From NCBI GenBank assembly GCA_044892505.1, contig CM097884.1:82150001-82214000 (forward strand): a DNA stretch of 64,000 bases, in the 5' to 3' direction. Positions 24,695 through 36,400 of the stretch are shown here, in pieces. A model generated the notes under the pieces. That model searched no databases, was not told the origin of the DNA, and was given only the letters and a program-made list of their open reading frames with translations. Position 1 is the first letter of the stretch. Every line of letters begins with the position of its first letter. The stretch is from Schmidtea nova (taxonomy: Eukaryota). A program made the position numbers and the translations under genes.

Positions 24695-27600
24695 GATATA
24701 ATATTTAACTAAATTTCTATATATAAAATATTATACTAATATATAAATAACGGAGGCACTACAGTGGTCAATTCAGGGAAAAATTGATCTACCAATAAAT
24801 ACAAGTATATGAATATAATTATAAATATTAACGTAAAAAAGATATATCCGGGACTGGCTTTACCTGGAAGCAATGGATGCAAAGCATTGGGCACCTCTTG
24901 TATATGGCGCTTAAAAATAGAATTTTAGTCTATTTAATATGTAAAAAACTATTAAAAAATTAATTTTTAATTTTTAAAGAAATTATTTTTAATAAAATTT
25001 CCTTGAAAAACTACGAGTCACTAGTTTTCAAAGTGTTACTGAATTAATTAGTTATTTCGCAAAAAAGTAATTATACATGTTCAAATTTACTTTGAAATAT
25101 AGTAGGCTATCTAGTTATCAATTATTTCGATGAAAGAAATTAATGCTATACGTATTTTCTAAAATATTATTTTAAAAGTCTACCAGTTATATTCAGTTTT
25201 CAATCTATTCAAAAAATGCAAACATATTTCGCTAATAAAAAACAACTTAATATTAAAATTTCATAGTAAAACATGTTCAGTATTTTAATATATGTAATTT
25301 TGAAAAGCCCAATAAATACTAATATTTATAATAACCATATTTTAACTTCCTCATATTTGATCTGTCACAATTATTAATATATAATTTGCAATTTAATAAT
25401 GTCTGTTTGTCCGGATGTAAAGCTTTTAAAGGGCGCTGGTTGGCCGAATTTTCAATCGGAAAACTTGCAAATTCTTTCACGCGTGTTTGATGTTTCATTG
25501 GATAATTATTTGCTATAATTTTTTTGATGACTCAATAGCATTCACCCAAAATATTATTGAGAACTTATGAATTTAATTTTTGGTTTATATAAATTTAGAA
25601 AACTTTTGTCATTTTTGACGGGATATCGCTAGTAATAAATAATATTGAATTTAAAAATCTAATCTATATGCTCGCATCGCTCGAAGTGAAAAACACTTGT
25701 TATTGATTCTTGGTATTGGATATTAATCTTGTCATAAAAGGTGTTGAATATGAATTAAAGCAATAAAAGAAAAGATTGATTTTAAATGCATCAGAAAATT
25801 ATGTATTTTAATAGATATTTAAACAAATGTCGGTCATTTTTGATGGGTTATAGCTCAATAATTTGATAACGTGTTTTTTTCTATTTAACAGAAACTTTAG
25901 TTCTGCGTTGCTTAAATGCTTTTGAACAATATTATTTAGTTAAGTTTATAAAAATGAAAGATAATAAATTAATTTTATCCTATGAAAATTTAACTAAAAC
26001 AAGTAAATCAAAAAACAATTGAAGACACGCTTTTATTACTTTATATTTCTTTTCCATGCAAAATATACGAATTTTGTAAGTTTCAACGTCCTAACTTGTC
26101 AGAAAACCGGTTAAATATCTAATTAGGAATTCCAGGACAAAAACAAACAAATAGGAGATAATTAAAAGCATGTAAAAAGACAAAAAGGCAATGATTCTAT
26201 GTGAGCTGAAAATTGACAAAAGAGGTTTTGGAGAGCAATCATCAGAAGGAATTTTTTAAACTCATTTTTTAAAAGTTGATCTTTTATTTCATCAATAGAT
26301 GGGGTCATCTTATGTACTTTTCACAATGTTCGCTTTAATTTTGGTCACCTTTTAGATGGGTTCATTAAATTAAGTACAAAAGAATTGAGCATGCCTCCTA
26401 TATAAGTTCAATTACATCCTAAATAAATTGGATTATAAACAGTTTTTTATGAAAAACGAAAATATTTGGTTGAAGATAAAAATAATTGCCAGATCAAAGT
26501 GTATGTCTTGAGGGAAAAGATCTGATATTTTAGTAAATTTTGTGATATTTTTAACAAAAAAAGAATCTTACAATTAGTAATTTAAAGCATATATATTTGA
26601 AAGAAAATCATCTATGTAATTAAAGGGTGTATTAAGACTAAATTGTGTCGTATAAGGGTACGGTGGCACAATAAACGCTAATTTTCACGACTTAAATTTC
26701 GTAACTCATCAAGATTTCAGTTCCGATTGCGTGAGTAAGTCATAAAATCATCCTAACCGTTTGCAAAAATAAATAAGAAGGTAACAGTTATTTTATTAAA
26801 CAGTATAAATGACATCATAGGATAAGTAATCAACAAAAATGAGAATGTTTATAAAATTCAAGGTAGAAGGAGTCTACTCTTACTTCATCCTGTGAACTCT
26901 CTAAAATGTCTTCAACTCGGACAGTTGAAGCATCTGCACCACACTCCGGTTTATTGACTGTATACAGTTAATATATTCCAACAATTCGAATCTACCATAC
27001 CACTCCAGTTTGACTTTTGTTGGCTGGCGTCTAACTTGAAGTAAAAGTATATATTTTTTATTGATATGAATTCTTAAAACCAGCGATTACCAAACATTTT
27101 GGAGTCCCAAACCCTATATTCTAAAAACATTTTACCGACGCCCCCCCCCACAAACGTAATATTTCTGATCCAGTCACGAATATAAAGGAATAATAAAAAA
27201 AAACTTATATAATATTTTTATTTATTAAAGTATTAGAGAGATCTTTAACTTCGATAAAATTGAACTGACTGAAAAAATGATTGACTTTATCATCAACTTT
27301 TCACTTGTCGATTGCTCTTGTTTTTTCTCTTATGAATTTATGTCGAACCAACCAGCGTTAACGATCGAAAAATTACACGAGTAACAATAAGTCTAAAATA
27401 TGTTTAAATAATAGTTTTGTAGCTCCGAATCCCTGAAATAGGCATATAATTGACTTGGTCTCCATAGACCCTTTTAATTTAACCTACCGCCCCAAGTGGG
27501 CGGTATTTTCCACTTTGGGAAACACTACCTTAAACAGTAAATCACTTTCAGGCCCATTGTTGCGATAGCAAAAATTGCTTAGTCTGTAAGCTGTAGAGAG

Positions 27601-30600
27601 AAAAAATAGGCTGGCCAGAGGTAGAGATGGGTGCAGATTCACTAGCAACAGAAACGAATGAGACCTCACTGGTATTATTGTAAAAATAAACATATAGAGG
27701 TTAAGTAAAGAATTTAGTAATGCTTTAAAATGTTGATACTTCATTTAACCATTTTTTTTGGTCGTTGTTGAATATTTAAACTGTTCTTTACCATTTTATA
27801 TTTATTTGTAACTTAAGTTAGTTAAAGATCAAGAGTTTTGATCAATTTACGTAGCTATTAACAACCAAGCGGATGTATTGAAACGGAACTACGAATAATT
27901 ACATACACAATTTTACATTTATTTATTATTTTTAAATGGAGTTTAAATAGATAACCGACAATATATATATATATATATCAAATATGAAAAGAGAAAAGAG
28001 AAAATTAATCAAAATTATCGGAGAACATGTTGCTGAGCGCGTGCTCCTCTCCATGCTTATGATGCTACACAATTGGTCTCAGTCCGATTGGTTACATATT
28101 TTAGTAAAATGAAAATAATATAGACAATAAAATATTTAACATTCCTTGTTAGTGTAATTTGAAAAGACGAGTATCCGGCAATATGCGCCGCCAATCTAGT
28201 CAAGGACTGTTTTCCAGATCCACCGACACCAACTAAAAGAGCATTTCCCAAAGGTGTGCGAATTATTCTCGACACTTTTACTAAATGTCCCATAGCATCA
28301 TTAAAAAACACCAAATCCATCCCTGCTCCACGAATAGATTCATTGTAATGATTCATAAACATAAGTAAACGGCTTTTTAAAGAGTTTAAGTCAGCAATCT
28401 GGATATCGCAAATAAATCAGTAAGGAATATAAACGATATAATAAAATAAACATACAGGCTCATAAATTTTCGGTGGCGAAAAATCAAAATCTTCAGGCTC
28501 TTCTCCAGTTGGCTCTGGGGCATCTCTAGAAAGCCATTAATTTAGATATGAAATGTAAAAATTGACAAGTTACCTCAAAAAGTCTACAAAATATGACGAA
28601 TCTTCAATTGACTCTGCCAATTCATTGGAAATTTCTTCTGACACCATTCTCTGTATTATTTTAATAAACCACTGTTCGTCGTCCAAACTGACAAAACGAT
28701 CGGATATTACTCGCATGCATTCATGCTTCCATAAAGCTAATAAAACCTCTCTGTTGGCTATGACCTAGATATGAAAAAAGATGAAACGTGGAATTTTTAT
28801 AATTTTATTAAAATCGTTTACGAATATAAAGTAAAGATTAAAATTTTCGATAGTTATCAAATTAAATAAAATTTAAAAATAAAATTTCATGTAAATTAAT
28901 AGTATTTTGTAAAGAGATAAAAAGATCTTTTGGGCTTCTAGTAGTGTAAAGATTTTCATGCGCTGAGAAACTAATTTAATTATTCTATTATTGTTTTTTC
29001 TTATTTTCACCTTTGATCTGTTCGTTTCTATTTCAGAAATTTTGATTTATTTTAAAAACTATTTATCAAAATTTTAAAGGCTACACAAATTTTTGGTACA
29101 ATCTATTTTTTTAAATGCATATACACACTTGAAAAAGCTGTGCTGAGAATTGGTGTTCCTTTAAAGCTTTAATTTCTGTCAGTCTATAAAGGACTGGCAC
29201 TAAAGTTTCCGTTTACGTTTTGTCAGTCCCCAAGAACTGACAGTAATAAATTACTTTGTGAAGACTCTTAATGTTTCGAAATAATAAATCAATAAAAATT
29301 AATAATTTAACCCTTTCCTATCCTGTGTCTATAAAAATATCACAAAAAAAATTAACCATTCTATCCTCTGTCTGTAAATAAATGACATTATTTTTGAATA
29401 GTTTATTTCCAATGCACTGTCGATTATATTATGACCAACTGTTTATAGAGCGATTATGACATTACACTTTTTTGAACTTTTTTTGAAATTTTATTAGGAT
29501 TGGAACGGGCGGGACACATAAAATAAAGAAGATAGGAAAGGGTTAATAAATTGATATATTATTATGTATTGTTGCATTTTGTAGTCTAGAATCATTAAAA
29601 ATCATATAACAAATGTATTTATCCGCCCTAAGGCGATGGGTAGGAACTGGTTGTAAATATAAAATATAAATTCAGAAACATTTTGTGATTTGCAATGAAG
29701 TTTTTTTTATATTGAAAATTTTGAAAAAAAGAGAAACATATTTAAGTTATTATCAATTGAAAGCGAGTTTAATTAAAATTGAGCTGTACATCTTTGTGAA
29801 TTCATTTTTCCAAAGATATTCAGCTTATCAAAGTTAATCTTATTTAACTTCTTGAAAAGCGTCGCAGAGTTCTTATTAAAATAAGAGATCCGGTGGACTG
29901 TAGATAAAAAAGGAAATTAATGAAATGTAAAATTAAATAATAAAATTAACATTTACGTTGAACTGAGCTCATGTCAGTCTATTATGCCACCTATCCAAGG
30001 CTACCACTTTGAGTCATTCTAATGAAATACCAACCTCGGTATCATGAAGATTTTAAAGAAAAAATAAAAAAGCAAAATCTTGCAAAATTTATTTTAAATA
30101 AGTAAATGTTTTGAGGTTGAATGCACTTGCTATAAAATGTATCTTTTTCAAGTTAAAAGCGACCCAGAAATCTGGATACTTAAATTTGGCGTGAAAGCGA
30201 TTACTGTTGGATGTTCTCTATTTCCTTCCTAGAGAAAAAAAAATTTATCTCCTTTTTCTCGTGAGATAATTACACCACAAGAACCCATTTTAAAATCAAA
30301 ATTGGCAGTAGTGAATCGGAAATTATGGATGTAAGGATGTAAGGATGTGATAAGTGTATCTTTTTTACGCGGAAAATGAACAACGTGGTACCCCTGTAAC
30401 CAATTGACGGCGTTCTCCGAGAAACAACAATGTGTATATTATGTACGTTTTAGTAAAAGCTTTATAAGGAATATGACTTTGTTTGATAAATCTTACATCT
30501 GAATTGGTATTGATAATCCCTTGCCATATCCTACTCAAATCTCGTAAATTAAATACGTAATGGAATTTTGCTGGAGTTGGTAACATTTTAGTTTTAGTAA

Positions 30601-33367
30601 CCTGCCATAAATTTCTAGTTAGAGGTATTAACTTTTTCACGTATTCAATGACTTCTTGACTGAAGCCCCTTTCAGAACAGTAATGCCCCAATCCAATAAC
30701 ACTAAACACTTTATCTATACTGTTATTACTCGGAAGAGTACAGTTGAAAATATTAAAATGTCTTTTCAATCTCTCTGGAATATCGTTTCTACCTCCTCCA
30801 GGATGTATCATAGCTGATAAAAACTTAAGAAAAATAGTTTTATTGATATAGACAAATAAGTATTTTACTTGAACATCAACGATATTAGTAAATTCACCGG
30901 GTCTTTCTAAGCTATAAAATCCTTTCATTTCCATAGTTTGACGGACAATCTCATTTGCAATTTGATCACCCCATTCATTTATTAAAGGCATATTAATATC
31001 ATCGATAAATACTGACATCTTTTTACCAGCAGGAGGGCCAAAAGTTGTCCCCACCCTTTTCTCCACAAAACTTTCGATAGTCCTCTACAAACGAGAATAA
31101 ATAATAATAATTTGCATTAATTATTTAGAATATATTTTTTATGATTATTAAAATGAAAATCAAATATGAGAACAATTTTCATAAAAATAAAGTCATTTTA
31201 AATTCTTTTTACTATTTTTTTAAAGCATACCCGTTTTTATCAATTCGAGTGTAATTTGACATACGGCAGAGAGACTGCCCATTATCTATGTACACGAATT
31301 CAAGAAAATTGCTGACCAAATAAAATTAGTAATCTTTGGGATCAAAAACAAGTATGTCTGATTTTGAAATTTTATTAAAATAATTTGGCAATTATTTGGA
31401 AAGAATCATTTGTAAGAATTGATATTAAAATTGTTAGATTCAAAAAAACTATGTTCAAAATACCTTCATCGTCAAGCATTTTAAAGGTTTTGTTTTGAAT
31501 TTGGTTTTAAACTTACGCAATTATCTAATATTTGCTCTTTGTATAATCCTTTCAATATGACTTATGGCCAATATTAGGAAAACACTGAAATTAATAATTC
31601 CTTGTTTGAATGAAACGATAAAATAATATGTAGCAATTTCTCAAAAAGTAAACTTAAATAATAAAACACAGGAAAAAAATTAAAAACAGAAATTAAAATT
31701 AAAAAAACAAATGTGCAAGAAGTAAGTACGAAATAACATAAACATGTTGAGGATACCTAAATTAGAAATAATATAATAAATAAACAAAATTACTTGGGGG
31801 AAAATCGTCATGGGGAATGACACGATTGATTGGAGCCTGGGAAAGAAAACGGAAATAAAAAGGAATGAGAAATGAGAATGGGAAACAAAAGAAAAGAAAT
31901 CAGACATGCAAAACGAAATAGAGGTCAGCACTAATTAACTAGTGCAAATAAGAAGAAATTCTAAAGTTGGGAAAAACAAAAACAACCACAAGAATTTTAT
32001 CTCGACAACCGGTCAGAGATAATGTGGGCAAAAATCAAACAAGCCGGAACGGCAAAAAGGAAAAAAACAGAGGTTATCTTGACAGCTGTCAAAGATAACT
32101 GCGTTGCTGAGAAGATGAATGGGAAATCATGTTGGAAAAAAGGGAATAACAGCTTATAATTTTAAGTGCTACAAAGTGAAGATGTATTAAAGGAGGAAGC
32201 ACCTCAGAAGAGGACACAACATTGTATACAGAAGTTATTAGAGAGAACATTGTAGACAGAATATTTGAGAGACAACGATTGAGACAGAACATTTGAGAGA
32301 ACATATTTGGCGGAGAATATTTGCGTTTAAAGACTGAAGTCAGAGGAAAAATAGGAGAAATTTGAAGCAGAAAAACGTCCAGAGAAAGTTAAAGAAGAAT
32401 CAAAAGGAGAATCCAACAATTGAAACCAGAAACTAAGGGATAAGCAGCAGGAACTTATTCAAGAGTTTGAGAAAATAAAGCTAGTAAAATTCAGCGGGTA
32501 AATCCAAGTCAAACTAAGAAAATAACCAGTCAAATTACCAATTGTTATACTCCCCAGCAGTGTGTGATTTCGAATATCGATTATACACCAGTGCTATTCT
32601 TCACTATAGTGTCGTAATAAGCACTGTATAATCAGCTGTAGTTTTGAATTTGGTCAGTTCATTGTAAATTGAAATTATTTGTGATAATCAATAAAATTTC
32701 CTGCTGTCAGTTGTTATTGTGGGTCAATTAGGAGCACGTTTTGGAGTCAGGGTAATAATTTGTTAATTATAAAGTCACCAACGACCCAATAACCCAACAA
32801 ACATAACAAATAAATCCAAAAAATAGAAATTATGCAAGGAAATGAAATTCGAATAAGTTTTATAATAATTATTTTAGTTTTGAAGTTAAAAATAAAGGAA
32901 TTATCATGAAAAACATTTAGAATAAAAGTTAAATTTAAATAGTTTGAATATTATATAAAACTAGGTTGTTTTTTGTTAGATGTTACTAGTACATCTTCTA
33001 GATTAGATTCATTAGATGTTATAATTCAAAAATATTATTAATATCATAATACTAGGTTGTTCTAAGGCGCCAAGGCGCCCCCTTAGCCAATTTTTCACTT
33101 TTGGCAGTTTCATTTTTTAGTATTAAATAATTGAAAAAAATAAATGTTTTTTAAAGTTGTTAACTTTTAACTTAGAATTTTATTCAACTTATTATGATTT
33201 GCCTAAAGAATTTCATTGTACACAATGTTTCATGTAAATAAACGATCGTCACCTAACAAATGTCCATCTTCAATCTTGATTTTGACATTTTTTGCGTTTC
33301 TTGATCTTGATCCTGTATATCCAAGATCAATATGGTCATAAACTCTCTTAAAAAAATCCCCAAAAAG

Positions 33368-33408
<41 letters not shown>

Positions 33409-36400
33409 GAGTATTGATTTAGATCTATTAAATTTTAGATAATATTAAATTAAATTTTTAAATTAAATTAAATTAAATTTTAATAATATAACCTGAAATA
33501 AAGCAGGTGTAGTAGCAGACGAAAAATTGAAAGATTTTGAAATTCGAGTCTCAATATTACTCTTGCCCATATATTTTGTAATCATAACTGTTTTTGCAGT
33601 TCCTGGCTCTCCGATAAGTAAGACCGATTTTTCTTGTTTCGCTATATTATCCATAAGAAACTCCGTTCTCACGTTGTCTACGTTGGGTACGAGAATTTTC
33701 GAATACTCTGGAGTATAATCACGAGGATAAATATATTCATCCATGTAATGATTCCAATGGTCCCATTTCCCTATTTAGAAATTCAGCATGGAGGAGTAGT
33801 TTTAGAAAATATCTAACCTTCAGCATTTACTTTGTATTCAAAAATTGTAGAATCGGTTTCCACTTCTGGCAAATCTAAATTTATTTCATTGTCATTTCGT
33901 AAAAATTCTTCCATTTTCGCCCTTTCATTTAATTCAAGGAAAGCTCCCAAAGACCACATGAACGCAAACACGTACAATCTTTCAAGATGTTTATCTGGAA
34001 GACTTTCCTGGAAAATAATCCCTTGAAGAATGTCACAGGCTTGTCGTATAATAAATGCTTCCAAAATGACCATTTTCATAGTTAAGTTATTAACAACATA
34101 TTTCAATGTCTGTGGAAATGATTTTTCAAACAATGCATATAACTTTTCTCTTTCCGACATCGGTCTAGTCAAAAGCCATCCCTGTAGCATAAAAATGAAA
34201 CAAAAACACATATTATGTAATATAACCTTCAATATTGGACTCCAATTAAGTGCTGAACTAGACATAAACACCATTCCATTCCGTGAAACTGTTGCAGGAG
34301 ATGCATTGTCGATGTTATGTACCTCAAAGATGATTTTGCAGTTCGGACCCATGGGAATTCGATCCCCGTTGGCAAGAGTTAAAGTTTTATTATCATCTAA
34401 TACTGAATTCAAATTTTCGATCCAAATAGCGTCGACGGGACCATCTAAAATTAGCCAGCAATGTTCGCCTTTCTTTAATTTCAAAGTCCGTCTCCAAAGA
34501 GTGGAAAATATTCCATCTGTCCAGTCATTTGTTGCAACATCCAATTTACCAAACATTTCAGAAGCTAAAATTGCTTTCGGATTCATTCTCATTTCTCTAT
34601 GTGGATCACCACAGTCGGTGAGAGCCTTCATTAGGACAGTGATACAAATTGATTTCCCAGCTCCAGAAGGTCCAAGTGTCATCATGCCATGGCGAACGCA
34701 TTGTGTTTCATATAACTTAGTCAAATTAGAAATTTATTTGGTTATGTAAATTAATATACTTGAACGACTTTTAAAACCCACGGAGGATGATTTATCATTT
34801 TTAAACTGTCTACTTGTTTGCGTACAGAGCTTTCAAGCTCTGGATAACCAGCTTTGTCGAGAACAATTCCGGGAAACAGATCATTTATCAAAGACAAAAA
34901 TAGAGGTTCATCCTGGTCTACCAGTTTGCTCAAATTCATATCTCTTAAAACTCGCATTACAGTGCGGTCTTCTGAATCATTTGGCGCGACTCTTCTAGCT
35001 GAGCCGAGAGATCTCAATACGGATAAAATGTTCCTCAATCCAAAGTCATAATGAACCTGTCATTGAAATAAATTTTCAAGGAAAAATGAATAATTTTAAG
35101 TAAACCACTTGTAAATATTTATTTTTAATAACAACAGATTTTACAAAAAATAGTATCAATAAAATTATATATGCTTATTACAAAATAAATGATATTGTAG
35201 AGACTTTTTATCAAAATTATAATTATTATTTTAATAAGTCAACAACTAATAGAGATATCAATTACTGAATGATCTATCATTTATTTACTCAATTCTTAAC
35301 AACAGAAGAACAATTGAGATAATGTTTGGATTTCGTTGTTATACGATATTTCGCTTTACGGACAATTCTTTAGGGACGTATCTAGACTGCATGACGAGGT
35401 ATTTGTGAAATCACTTTTTCTAATTTCAAAAAAGCACTCGAAATTANNNNNNNNNNNNNNNNNNNNNNNNNNNNNNNNNNNNNNNNNNNNNNNNNNNNNN
35501 NNNNNNNNNNNNNNNNNNNNNNNNNNNNNNNNNNNNNNNNNNNNNNNNNNNNNNNNNNNNNNNNNNNNNNNNNNNNNNNNNCAAAAATTTTTTTTTATAA
35601 ACAATAACACAATATTTCGGCACAGCCTTTATCAAGTGTGTATTTGTTTAAATATTTAGTAATAATCAGTATTAATTATGTTCAAATTGTATCAACATTC
35701 AATTTTTTAAAAAAAATTCTTCAAATAATTTTCAAGTTGATTTTTTTATGTAAAAATATATTTTAAAAAACAAAAATTTTAATTTTTTTATCAAAATTGA
35801 ACAAAATAATTTTTTTTCAATACCAGTTTTAAAAAAATGAAAAAAAACACATTAAAAATCCAAAACACAATTCGAAAAATGCAACATCCAGTTACTTAAA
35901 CACATTCAAAATATCCGTAGAAGATATTATAAAAAATACCTCACAAGTTACTCATTCTCATTAATTACTCAAACTTAATTAATTACTCATTAATTACTTT
36001 TGTAATAATATTAAAGTGAGAGATCTATAAAAATTACTTTGAAAATTTTATATCTGAAGAATATATTTAAAAAAATTGAATGTTAATACAATTTGAAGAT
36101 TATTATTATTGATTAATTTGTTAAAATATTTCGAATTTTTTATTTTTTATTTATTATCCTGATTGCTGGCCTGAAGAAGAGTGATATTCGGACGAAATAT
36201 ATAGCGTTATGTTGAATATACTTAGCTGGCGTTTCTCATTTATTAAATCATTGCCATATTTTTTTGATTAATTATTANNNNNNNNNNNNNNNNNNNNNNN
36301 NNNNNNNNNNNNNNNNNNNNNNNNNNNNNNNNNNNNNNNNNNNNNNNNNNNNNNNNNNNNNNNNNNNNNNNNNNNNNNNNNNNNNNNNNNNNNNNNNNNN

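Noticed and set aside
34030-34749. 239-aa plus-strand ORF and similar opposite-strand ORFs (e.g. 21267-21584, 3131-3388, 4091-4429)
   Set aside because: These are antisense shadows of real coding exons with no recognisable motifs.
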